Below, piece by piece: positions 18,451 through 27,489 of a DNA stretch of 64,000 nt. The position numbers were made by a program, and so were the translations under genes. The DNA is from Candidatus Saccharimonadota bacterium (GTDB taxonomy: Bacteria; Patescibacteriota; Saccharimonadia; Saccharimonadales; SLHW01), in NCBI GenBank assembly GCA_024635455.1, contig JAGXIU010000003.1:3966-67965 (forward strand). Direction: 5' to 3'. Positions within the stretch are counted from its first letter, which is position 1. Each line of letters begins with the position of its first letter. The notes under the pieces were generated by a model that saw only the letters and a program-made list of their open reading frames with translations, was not told the origin of the DNA and searched no databases.

Positions 18451-19272
18451 ATGGAAACAGTAGAGTATAGAAATGGCGATATCGTGCCAGCGATTGGCTT
18501 TGGTACGTCTCACGCTGGTGATGAAGATGATGTGGTGCGTGTTGTGACAGATGCACTGCAATCAGGTTACCGACTTATAGATAGTGCAAAAATGTATGGC
18601 AACGAAGCTGAAGTCGGTAAGGCAGTACGTGAATCTGATATACCTCGCGAGGATATTTTTGTGACGACTAAACTCCGCAAGGAAGATCTTGGTTATGAGT
18701 CGGCATTTACTGCGTACGAATCATCTATAAAAGAGCTCGGACTTGATTATGCTGATCTGTATCTAATACATTGGCCAACCAATGATAGCAGTCGAAACGA
18801 CAGCTGGCGGGCAATCGTCGAGATGCAGGCAGATGGTCGCATACCACATATCGGTGTATCAAACTTTACAGTTGATCATCTGGAGGAGCTCAAGACAGTC
18901 TCTGACGTTGTACCTGAAGTAAACCAGATTGAACTACATCCGTATATCTGGGAAGAGCAGCGCGCGATAGTTGAATATTGCCAGAAAAACGGCATTATCG
19001 TGCAAGCATACAGCCCGCTACTTCGTGGCGGTGCACTGGACGACCAAACGGTCGGTAGCATTGCAGGGTTGCATCACAAAACTCCAGCTCAAGTACTATT
19101 GCGTTGGGTGGTTCAGCACGGAGCAGTGCCATTGCCAAAAACAACAAAGCCGGAGCGAATGAAGCAGAACATTGACATATATGACTTTGAACTTACTGAG
19201 GAACATATGGCCTCACTCGACGGCTTGACCAATGGTCAACGCTTTGCAGCAGATCCGCACAACATTGCCTAA
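18451..19272 (+). CDS. Aldo/keto reductase (DkgA / 2,5-diketo-D-gluconate reductase-like)
   Basis: ATG 18451 after AAGGAGGG. IGFGT, GYRLIDSAKMYGNE, FVTTKL, LDYADLYLIHWP and IGVSNF are AKR signature blocks. Confidence 0.9.
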   Translation: METVEYRNGDIVPAIGFGTSHAGDEDDVVRVVTDALQSGYRLIDSAKMYGNEAEVGKAVRESDIPREDIFVTTKLRKEDLGYESAFTAYESSIKELGLDYADLYLIHWPTNDSSRNDSWRAIVEMQADGRIPHIGVSNFTVDHLEELKTVSDVVPEVNQIELHPYIWEEQRAIVEYCQKNGIIVQAYSPLLRGGALDDQTVGSIAGLHHKTPAQVLLRWVVQHGAVPLPKTTKPERMKQNIDIYDFELTEEHMASLDGLTNGQRFAADPHNIA

Positions 19273-19276
19273 GTAT

Positions 19277-20164
19277 CTATTCTCCTGGGTGGTATTCTTT
19301 GATATATCCAACGAGTAAACTAAGCGCACCGACTGCTTGTTCAGTTTGAGGTTTAGTACGCTCTGCTTCATGGAGGAAGTCGGTTTTTTCTGCTGGGGTT
19401 GCGTGGAGCAGGGTGTTGCCAATATGAGCTATGAGTTCGTTTCTTCTTGGTGAGTCTGGATATTCCATTAGTAATTCGAGGTCGGTACGTCGCTGCTGGA
19501 CCAGCTGACCCTCTGGCTTTGTATCGCCGGCCATAATCTGCGCCCGCAAGAGGAGGTCCTCGCGCCAGATATCTATGGTGGACTGCAGTCTTTCTGCGAT
19601 ATCGGGGTCATCTTGATGCATGTGTAAAATATGGTTCTTTACTTCTGTACTACGATGGTCGAAACTGTTGACGCTGTTGTCTCTAGCCACATCTTCAGGT
19701 ATAGAGAAAAATATTTCATCAAGTAAGTCACGAGTTTCATGTTCATCAAAGTCTAGGTATTTTATAAAATCACTCGGCAAACCAGATTTATGGAGAATCT
19801 TAGAAGTAATTTCTTGCTTACCTTTTCTGCGGGCTGCTTCATAGGCTTCTGAACCGATAACGTTATTACAAAGACCTCCTTCCGTATTTGCAGAGTATAG
19901 CTCTGTATAACGTTCCTCCATGAGTTCATGGGTGAGGGGATCCGTATATTCATCAAGTGGTCTTGTCTCTGGTATAGCAATTCGTTGGCCTGTATTATTT
20001 TTGGCCTCAGGTGCACGGCGGTTCACGTTCTCTTCTACGAGGCTATCTAGCTGCGGCGGTCGTGATCCATCTGTCATCTCAACCAATTCACCAGAGATTA
20101 CTTTCGGCGCTTTGGGTTCTGTAAGATCAATTAGCGTACCGCGGGGAAAAAATTCTGAACTCAT
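19277..20164 (-). CDS. Hypothetical protein (295 aa, acidic, soluble)
   Basis: Long ORF. No motif recognised. Confidence 0.5.
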   Translation of the reverse strand: MSSEFFPRGTLIDLTEPKAPKVISGELVEMTDGSRPPQLDSLVEENVNRRAPEAKNNTGQRIAIPETRPLDEYTDPLTHELMEERYTELYSANTEGGLCNNVIGSEAYEAARRKGKQEITSKILHKSGLPSDFIKYLDFDEHETRDLLDEIFFSIPEDVARDNSVNSFDHRSTEVKNHILHMHQDDPDIAERLQSTIDIWREDLLLRAQIMAGDTKPEGQLVQQRRTDLELLMEYPDSPRRNELIAHIGNTLLHATPAEKTDFLHEAERTKPQTEQAVGALSLLVGYIKEYHPGE

Positions 20165-20374
20165 AAATTAAAAAGACCTGCTACTAGCAGGGCCTCCATG
20201 GATAATATTTGTTTCGTGGGGGTCGACCGTTTTATTTTGGTCTGTGTTACGCGTTTGTTTCATAGTTTTATTGAACTATGACTATAAGTAATACTCTCCT
20301 AATTATCTCGTGTCAATGCCAACTTTGTCACACAAAAATAGGATTGCCAATATCTAAAATGCTATGATAGCCCT

Positions 20375-21043
20375 ATGCCAAAAGTTAATCTACCAGCCTG
20401 GAAGCGTAAAAAACAGGCTAAGAAACGCAACAATGTTTACGCATTTATCGATAGTCAAAACTTAAATGTCGGCACGCAACGAGTTGGCTGGAAGATGGAC
20501 TGGAAAAAGTTCCGCCAGTACCTCCAGGACGAGCAGGGTGTTACTGAGGCCTTTATGTTTATCGGCTATATGCCAGAGTTTGAAGACCTTTATATGCAAA
20601 TGCACGAGGCTGGATATAAGGTAGTGCTAAAGACAACCTATGACTTAACACGCCCGCACCCAGAGATGCAGCCCGATGACGAGACAGCCAAGAAAGAGTC
20701 CGAACATAAGAAGGACGGCAAAAAAAGTGAGGAAGAAGATAAGCACATCAAGGGCAATATTGATGCCGATTTAGTGCTGTGGGCAATGAAAGAAATACCA
20801 AACTACGATAAGGCGATATTAGTCTCAGGGGATGGTGATTTCTACGCACTGATTGAATATTTAGAAAAGCAAGACAAGCTAAAGCACATCATGACCCCAA
20901 ATTCACACTATTCTAGTCTATTCAATGCATTTGATACGTATGTAGTTCGTCTTGACAAGCTCCGCAGTAAGCTTGCTTACAGGGATAAACGACGCCGAAA
21001 ACAAGGGTCTCGGAACAATAATCAAAACAACAAAAAAAGCTAA
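20375..21043 (+). CDS. NYN (LabA-like) domain putative ribonuclease with Lys/Glu-rich insertion and basic tail
   Basis: VYAFIDSQNLNVG and ILVSGDGDFYALIEYL are NYN acidic-residue motifs. Insertion KKESEHKKDGKKSEEEDK. C-terminus RDKRRRKQGSRNNNQNNKKS. Confidence 0.7.
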   Translation: MPKVNLPAWKRKKQAKKRNNVYAFIDSQNLNVGTQRVGWKMDWKKFRQYLQDEQGVTEAFMFIGYMPEFEDLYMQMHEAGYKVVLKTTYDLTRPHPEMQPDDETAKKESEHKKDGKKSEEEDKHIKGNIDADLVLWAMKEIPNYDKAILVSGDGDFYALIEYLEKQDKLKHIMTPNSHYSSLFNAFDTYVVRLDKLRSKLAYRDKRRRKQGSRNNNQNNKKS

Positions 21044-21063
21044 GCCTTGCTATACTGCCTGAC

Positions 21064-22329
21064 ATGAAAGAAGACAAAAACCTAGATGTATTTCCGGACC
21101 AGTTCTTTTGGGGAGCAAGTACTGCCAGTCATCAAGTTGAAGGCGGCAATGCAAACCAGTGGTCTGCATGGGAGCTTGAGTATGCCAAAGAGTTAGCTCA
21201 AACAGCACATACTCGCTTATCATATTTGCCAAACTGGAATGATATAAAGCAGCAAGCACAAGACCCAGATAACTACGTATCAGGTAAAGGTATTGAGCAC
21301 TATAGGCGTTTTGAGGAAGACTTTGAATTACTAGATCAGTTGAACATGAATTCTTTTCGCTTTGGTGTCGAATGGTCACGTTTAGAGCCCGAGGAAGGCA
21401 AGTGGAATAGTGAAGCCTTCGCTCATTATAAGCGTTATATCGCCCAGCTACGTAAGCGAGGCATTGAGCCATTCTTGAACATTTGGCATTGGACAGTACC
21501 GGTCTGGTTCGCAGAAAAAGGCGGGTTTGAGAAGCGAGCTAACCTTATTTACTTTGATAGGTTTGTGCAGAAGCTAACTGAAGAGTTGCTGGAGGACGTA
21601 ACTTATGTCATAACCCTTAATGAGCCAAACGTCTACGCTAGTTTTAGCTACTTAACTGGGGAGTGGCCGCCGCAAAAAAAGAACCCAATAATGTTCATGA
21701 AGGTATACTGGAACTTAACGAGGGCTCATCGCAGAGCATATCGGATATTAAAAAAGGCTAAACCGAGCTTACAAATTGGGCTGGCGGCACAACTAGCTAA
21801 CATGCAGGCGAAGCGACCTCACAGTGTTTTGGACGGCGTATCAACAAAATGGATGCGTTATTTCTGGAACTGGTGGTTTTTGAACCGAGTGCGTCGGTAC
21901 CAGGACTTCGTAGGTTTTAACTATTACTTTACTGATTACTTCACAGGGCTTATGAAACGAAGTAACCCAGATGTACCCGTAAGCGACCTAGGCTGGTATA
22001 TGGAGCCAGAGGGTTTGTATCCAATTTTGCTGCGGTTATGGTCGCATTATAAAAAGCCAATTTTTGTAACCGAAAATGGCGTCGCAGACAAAGATGATCA
22101 ATACCGCCGCTGGTGGATTGAGGAGACAATTGTTGCTATGGAAAGAGCAATCAGTGAAGGGGTCGATATTCGCGGCTATTTCTATTGGAGCTTGCTTGAT
22201 AATTTTGAGTGGAAATACGGTTGGTGGCCGAAGTTCGGGCTCGTGGCAGTCGACCGTGAGCATGATATGAAGCGGACGATACGACCAAGTGCGAAATGGT
22301 TCGCCGAGAAGATAAAGAATATATCCTAG
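21064..22329 (+). CDS. Glycoside hydrolase family 1 beta-glucosidase
   Basis: FPDQFFWGASTASHQVEGG, acid/base TLNEPN, nucleophile VTENG, YFYWSLLDNFEW. Confidence 0.9.
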   Translation: MKEDKNLDVFPDQFFWGASTASHQVEGGNANQWSAWELEYAKELAQTAHTRLSYLPNWNDIKQQAQDPDNYVSGKGIEHYRRFEEDFELLDQLNMNSFRFGVEWSRLEPEEGKWNSEAFAHYKRYIAQLRKRGIEPFLNIWHWTVPVWFAEKGGFEKRANLIYFDRFVQKLTEELLEDVTYVITLNEPNVYASFSYLTGEWPPQKKNPIMFMKVYWNLTRAHRRAYRILKKAKPSLQIGLAAQLANMQAKRPHSVLDGVSTKWMRYFWNWWFLNRVRRYQDFVGFNYYFTDYFTGLMKRSNPDVPVSDLGWYMEPEGLYPILLRLWSHYKKPIFVTENGVADKDDQYRRWWIEETIVAMERAISEGVDIRGYFYWSLLDNFEWKYGWWPKFGLVAVDREHDMKRTIRPSAKWFAEKIKNIS

Positions 22330-22409
22330 CAGGTATATTTTGAGCCTTATCTGACGGGTACTATTATTTTGATAGCAATTCCTAAAACTATCCTGCTAGA
22401 GTGCTATAT

Positions 22410-23414
22410 ATGAGCTCTTTTGAAAAGTCAGATAAAAAACTGGTGGTAATTGGCGGTGGTACCGGCAGCTTTGAGCTGCTCAGCGAACTGAAGCATCACT
22501 TTCGTGACATTACTGCACTTGTAAACATGGTAGATGACGGCGGTTCAACCGGTGTCCTCCGAGACGAGCTTGGCGTCTTACCGCCCGGTGATGTTCGTCA
22601 GTGCTTAGTCGCTTTGAGTGATGCTCCGGAAAAACTGCGCCGGTTATTTAACTTTCGCTTTGCGCAGGGGACGTTTGCCGGACATTCTTTTGGTAATATC
22701 TTCCTCAGTGCAGTAGAACGTATGACCGATAGCTTTGATGAAGCGGTTACGATGACGAGCGATATCCTGAAAATCCACGGCAGGGTACTACCCATGACGG
22801 TTGATAATTGCCAGCTTCAGATGAAAGTTGATGGCAAAGTTATATCAGGTGAGTCAGCTATCAGCAATTCGGCTATACCGGCGCACGCCAAGCCGGATAT
22901 ATGGATAAAGCCACCAGCTAGTATGACGCCACTGGCACGAGATGCGCTTGAGGCGGCTGACATGATTGTTATAGCACCAGGAAATCTTTATTGTTCGTTG
23001 ATACCGTCCTTATTAGTTGACGGTGTAGCCGAGTGCTTGATCTCCGCGAAAGCAGAACTTGTTTATGTAGCTAACCTCGTAAATAAGCCGAATCATACCC
23101 AAGATTTTACAGTTGTAGATTATACAGAGGAACTGGAGCGTTTTATTGGTGCAAAACGCATAGATACGGTGTTGTATAACACTGACGCGCCAGATGAGAG
23201 GCTTATGAAGCGTTACGCTCTCGAAGGAGAATACCCTATACGAACAGATAAAAAGAGCATAACCGGCAAACACTTCACAGCCATTGGCGGGGCGTTTTTG
23301 CGGCAAGGTAATATTGAGCAAAGTAAGAATGACACGCGGATACCGAGGTCCTACATCCGCCACGATGGTTCGGCGGTAGCCAAAGCACTCAGGAAACGCA
23401 TTGATAAACAATAA
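22410..23414 (+). CDS. YvcK/CofD-like gluconeogenesis-factor family protein (UPF0052)
   Basis: VVIGGGTGSFELL and VNMVDDGGSTGVLRDELGVLPPGDVRQCLVALS. Confidence 0.85.
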   Translation: MSSFEKSDKKLVVIGGGTGSFELLSELKHHFRDITALVNMVDDGGSTGVLRDELGVLPPGDVRQCLVALSDAPEKLRRLFNFRFAQGTFAGHSFGNIFLSAVERMTDSFDEAVTMTSDILKIHGRVLPMTVDNCQLQMKVDGKVISGESAISNSAIPAHAKPDIWIKPPASMTPLARDALEAADMIVIAPGNLYCSLIPSLLVDGVAECLISAKAELVYVANLVNKPNHTQDFTVVDYTEELERFIGAKRIDTVLYNTDAPDERLMKRYALEGEYPIRTDKKSITGKHFTAIGGAFLRQGNIEQSKNDTRIPRSYIRHDGSAVAKALRKRIDKQ

Positions 23415-23456
23415 ACTAACATTGACAAATAAGCACGCTTATGCTAATATAGAATC

Positions 23457-23723
23457 ATGAATAACAAGCCCGAAAAAAACAATCAAGATATTCCAACTAA
23501 AAAACCAGTCCTCGACTCTAGTGAAGAAATTTCTCTAGACACAGAAGCCGGCACCATTAATCCTGAAGGCGCACCAAATGCCGAATTATTTAAAACGGAA
23601 GATGGACAGGTTAACCCGCAGCACGACGAATCAATTGACGGATATGAAGGTACCAACTACGGCATTCAGAATCCCGAACAAACTGAAGTATCTGACGTGC
23701 TAAAGGAGGAGAGACATGTCTGA
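23457..23723 (+). CDS. Hypothetical small acidic protein
   Basis: 88-aa ORF overlapping the next gene by 8 nt. No motif recognised. Confidence 0.4.
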   Translation: MNNKPEKNNQDIPTKKPVLDSSEEISLDTEAGTINPEGAPNAELFKTEDGQVNPQHDESIDGYEGTNYGIQNPEQTEVSDVLKEERHV

Positions 23724-24060
23724 ATTAAAACGAAACGTACCAGAAAAACGACCTAAACATAGCCTTTCTACGAAAATTGCCGCTGGGGCGCTTGTTCTTG
23801 GAGCAGGCTTGGGTGCGCATAATGTCTACACAGATATTCGTGAGCTGAGTGAAAACCCAATAGAATACGGTGATGAGGATAACAATACATACGTTGTAGA
23901 GCCGGGCGATACTCCTTGGACGATTGCTCGTAATTACTGGGGTGAGGAGAAAGATATCCGTCCGCTGGTCCATGGTATTACCGAGCAAATAGATATGCGT
24001 GGTAAGGATTTCTTGATGCCTGGTGATGTTATCGAGCTACCTCCTATAGACGCCGAATAG
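23716..24060 (+). CDS. Membrane-anchored LysM-domain protein
   Basis: TM helix IAAGALVLGAGLGA. LysM-like YVVEPGDTPWTIARNYWG...GDVIELP. Confidence 0.65.
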   Translation: MSELKRNVPEKRPKHSLSTKIAAGALVLGAGLGAHNVYTDIRELSENPIEYGDEDNNTYVVEPGDTPWTIARNYWGEEKDIRPLVHGITEQIDMRGKDFLMPGDVIELPPIDAE

Positions 24061-24320
24061 AAACGGCAATCGTTTTACGTTGGGCGCGTACACATAAGTT
24101 TAAGAGCTTATCGTATAAAAACACTTGATCACTCGACTGAGACGATGTTTATGGCCAGAATATCTGCTACGTAGTAAAACGCTGAATTAAGTACATGAAA
24201 ATTGTGCTTTCGGCTGTTTAATTAATGACGCTAACTCGTTATTGGTATTCGTTGTATTGCAATTATTGTTGTATTGTTGTATTGTAAGTACAATAAATAA
24301 TAAGAGGAAATGTAAATGCT

Positions 24321-25031
24321 ATGAGCAAACGTGCCAAAGCTGAATCAGATAAATCACTACATGAACAATCAGAGCCTAAAAAACCCAATCATCGACTTAG
24401 ACAGGCTGTAGCAGCCACCGCTTTGTTGGCGACCGCAGGAGGGGTATTTGGTAGTTTCAGAGTAGTAGATAACTTTTGGTTTAAACCAGATAGGGAGCGA
24501 AACGCGGAGGAGGCAACACTGTTCGAGGAGGTACGCAGTGGCGAGCGAGCAATTGAGGTCGAAGATGCATTAGTAGTGCTGCGTTCTGGAGTACAGTTGC
24601 GGGAGACACCACATATGGCATCAGCATCGTTTGGCAGAAATAATGAGGTGAGAGAGATTAGAGATGGAGAAAATATAGTCATTGACTATCCATTAGCTTA
24701 CACAGACGAAGTCAATCATACTTGGTACGGATTTAGCCTAGAAACTTCCATCGATGAAATCGTTGATAACGCAGACGAGCCAGCTGTCTCCGCTGACGCA
24801 ATTAGCGATAATACGCTATGGGTAAACGCTACAGCGCTAAATGGCCAACAAACAGCCGATGAATTACCGTATATAGAAATTCTTTTTCCTGGGGGTGGAG
24901 ATAACCCACTTGTAAATATAGACTCACGTGGGAACATTACAAACGGAGAAGATACAGAGACACCAATAGCAGTAGCAAGAGAAATAGACGATGATGTTGC
25001 GGAGTTTTTCATTCGTTCATACAGACGTTAA
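24321..25031 (+). CDS. Hypothetical membrane-anchored protein
   Basis: AAGAGGAAA Shine-Dalgarno sequence, TM helix AVAATALLATAGGVFG, acidic ectodomain. Confidence 0.5.
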   Translation: MSKRAKAESDKSLHEQSEPKKPNHRLRQAVAATALLATAGGVFGSFRVVDNFWFKPDRERNAEEATLFEEVRSGERAIEVEDALVVLRSGVQLRETPHMASASFGRNNEVREIRDGENIVIDYPLAYTDEVNHTWYGFSLETSIDEIVDNADEPAVSADAISDNTLWVNATALNGQQTADELPYIEILFPGGGDNPLVNIDSRGNITNGEDTETPIAVAREIDDDVAEFFIRSYRR

Positions 25032-25059
25032 CAATTTCTAGCGCTGAGCGATGCAACTA

Positions 25060-25090
25060 ATCCACCACATGTAGTGGTGGATTTTTTATT
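25060..25090 (+). terminator. Rho-independent terminator
   Basis: 9-bp stem ATCCACCAC/GTGGTGGAT, 5-nt loop, then TTTTTTATTTT. Confidence 0.75.
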
Positions 25091-25151
25091 TTCTTATTCC
25101 TGTGGATAAGTCATGTGGTTTATAGATAGAAACTATAAAAAAGACTTGCAT

Positions 25152-25199
25152 GTGGGTATAGGTGGGTAGTATGCTGGTGTTAGTGGGTAATCGTGGGTA
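25152..25199 (+). promoter_or_regulatory. MraZ operator-like array of phased GTGGGTA direct repeats overlapping the mraZ promoter
   Basis: Perfect GTGGGTA at 25152, 25162, 25183 and 25193, plus degenerate GCTGGTG at 25173. Spacing is 10-11 bp. TTGCAT (25146) and TAGTAT (25167) are hexamer candidates. Confidence 0.65.
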
Positions 25200-25262
25200 A
25201 GCCAAAACAGCCTACCGAACGACAAAAATAAAAACCACTGTAATTTAAACTATCAAATATAT

Positions 25263-25622
25263 ATGGCCACACTAGACTACTTCGAACGCAAGCTTGACAG
25301 CAAGCGACGGTTAACCATACCAGTCGAGCTTCGAGACGAACTTGCATCAGGGGTAGTAATCACTCGTGGGTTCCAGAAATACCTTCATCTTTACCCGAAG
25401 TCGGTATGGGATGAGCAGGTAGAAGCTAAGTTGAATGGAGATATTCTCGATGAGAGAATAGCTGACCTCAACGTTCAGTTTCGTACCGGCAAATCCGAAG
25501 GAGCTTTAGACGGGAAGCAGGGTCGCATCAGTATAGATCAACATTTGTTGGACTACGCTGGTATCGATCATTCATTAGTGGCAATCCGAGTTGGTCGCTA
25601 TTGGCGACTTGTCGCAGCATAG
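25263..25622 (+). CDS. mraZ: Transcriptional regulator MraZ (short form)
   Basis: Two SpoVT/AbrB-like halves with the motifs DSKRRLTIP and DGKQGRISI. First gene of the dcw cluster. Confidence 0.85.
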   Translation: MATLDYFERKLDSKRRLTIPVELRDELASGVVITRGFQKYLHLYPKSVWDEQVEAKLNGDILDERIADLNVQFRTGKSEGALDGKQGRISIDQHLLDYAGIDHSLVAIRVGRYWRLVAA

Positions 25623-25989
25623 CTTGAGTCCACGGATATTCTGAGTTTGGTAGTAGTTCGTTAAAAATTAAATATTAAACAGGTAGATAACAAAAGCAAC
25701 AAACGGCTCGAAGTTAGCTATCTGGCAGTCAACATGTGGCCGAAGGTAACCACACAAAAAACCTTTGTTCCTTACACTAAAACACCTCCCAAAACTCCAC
25801 CTCACACATAAGTCTCTCAAAACTTGATTGCAGAAGTAGAGGAAGTAGGGCATTCGAGGATTTTTAAAATCCTACAAGTAACTGTCCGCACATACGGCCT
25901 CACGGAAGCACTCACATAAAAACAAAAACGTATAAAAAACAAAAAGTTGACTGCTGGATAGGTGACTTTGTAACAAAAACAAAAACAAT

Positions 25990-26934
25990 ATGCACCAAAA
26001 CCAAAACAAAAACACAAACAATCATATACCGGTATTGCTCGAAGAAGTACTGACATATCTAGACCCAAAGCAGGGCGAGGCATACCTCGATCTGACGGCT
26101 GGATACGGCGGACACGCCGAAGAGGTACTACGGCGAACTCAGGCTACTAACACAGCAGTGCTAGTAGACAGAGACGAGCAAGCGGTTGCACACTTGAAAA
26201 AGAAGTTTGCAAAAACTCCGCCAGAGATTCGTCATATGGATTTCTATGGAGCTAGTAAGCAGCTCAGTCAAGAGGAGAGAACATTTGATTGTATTTTGGC
26301 AGATTTGGGCCTATCGTCACCGCACCTTGACAAGGCGAGTCGTGGTTTTAGCATCCGCACCGATGCACCGCTCGATATGCGTATGGATCAACGCCAGACG
26401 CTGAGTGCAGAACTAGTTCTTAATACGTACGGCGAAGAAGAATTAGCTGACATACTGCACCAGTACGGCGAAGAGCCAAAAGCTCGAGCTATCGCACGGC
26501 GGATAGTCGCAAAACGACCACTCCATACTACGAAAGAATTGGCGGACCTAGCTTCGTCAGTTTGGCCGGGTAGAAGCAAACAGCATCCAGCCATTCGCAC
26601 CTTTCAGGCTATTCGTATAGCCGTGAACGATGAGATTGAGCAACTTAAAGCAGCAATGCCAGAGTGGATATCTATGCTTAAGCCAGGCGGTAGAATTGTG
26701 GTCATCAGTTTCCATAGCTTAGAAGATCGGGTTGTGAAGCAAACATTTGCCGAACACTCTAAACACCCATATGAGGCGGATCTTCAGCTTTTGACCAAAC
26801 GACCAGTAACCGCTCGTCACCATGAAATAGTTTTTAATCCGCGAGCACGTAGCGCAAAGCTACGAGCCGCAGCGAAAATAAAAATAAACAAAAATAGGAA
26901 GCATAAAAAGCTTCCAAATACGGAAAGGGGATAG
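25990..26934 (+). CDS. rsmH: 16S rRNA (cytosine1402-N4)-methyltransferase
   Basis: HIPVLLEEVL, YLDLTAGYGGH, ILADLGLSSPHLD, SFHSLEDRVVK. Confidence 0.95.
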   Translation: MHQNQNKNTNNHIPVLLEEVLTYLDPKQGEAYLDLTAGYGGHAEEVLRRTQATNTAVLVDRDEQAVAHLKKKFAKTPPEIRHMDFYGASKQLSQEERTFDCILADLGLSSPHLDKASRGFSIRTDAPLDMRMDQRQTLSAELVLNTYGEEELADILHQYGEEPKARAIARRIVAKRPLHTTKELADLASSVWPGRSKQHPAIRTFQAIRIAVNDEIEQLKAAMPEWISMLKPGGRIVVISFHSLEDRVVKQTFAEHSKHPYEADLQLLTKRPVTARHHEIVFNPRARSAKLRAAAKIKINKNRKHKKLPNTERG

Positions 26935-27094
26935 AGGATTATGCCAATTCAGGTAAAAAACCTCTCCCGAGCTTACAAAGTACGCGTCCGCGTAATGTAG
27001 TAAGCGCATAGTGGTTAGCCTGGCGCTATGGTTTGGTTTCCATAATACAGCGCCAGGCTGCAACGCTCTGCAAAAACAAACACAGGTTAAACGT

Positions 27095-27439
27095 ATGACA
27101 TATTCAAGTTCATTAGCAGTAGGACGGCAACGTGCAATGGGGCGTAACAAAAACGTTACATCCTATAGAGCGCAAGCACGTACGATAGGTCCGGTTAGTA
27201 ATACCGTAATTATTGTTGTGCTCGTTTGCTTATTAGGGCTGTTGTATTTGTCTCAGGTGACCAAGACCAATGCCTACGGCTTTGAGATAGATAATCTAGA
27301 GACGCAACAATCACAGCTTATTAGTGAGTATCAAGAGCTAGAGCTGAACGCTGCTCGACTACAATCGGTAGATAGAGTCCAAAACAGTGGGGTAGCCCAA
27401 GGACTGGTTCCAGCTCAACCAAAATCTATCGTACAATAG
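27095..27439 (+). CDS. ftsL: FtsL-like cell-division protein
   Basis: ATG 27095. One TM helix (VIIVVLVCLLGLLYL) followed by a coiled coil. Lies between rsmH and ftsI. Confidence 0.55.
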   Translation: MTYSSSLAVGRQRAMGRNKNVTSYRAQARTIGPVSNTVIIVVLVCLLGLLYLSQVTKTNAYGFEIDNLETQQSQLISEYQELELNAARLQSVDRVQNSGVAQGLVPAQPKSIVQ

Positions 27440-27489
27440 TAACAGCTGCTTGCTGTATCATTTGAATGCGCACAGTAAAATAAATATAT

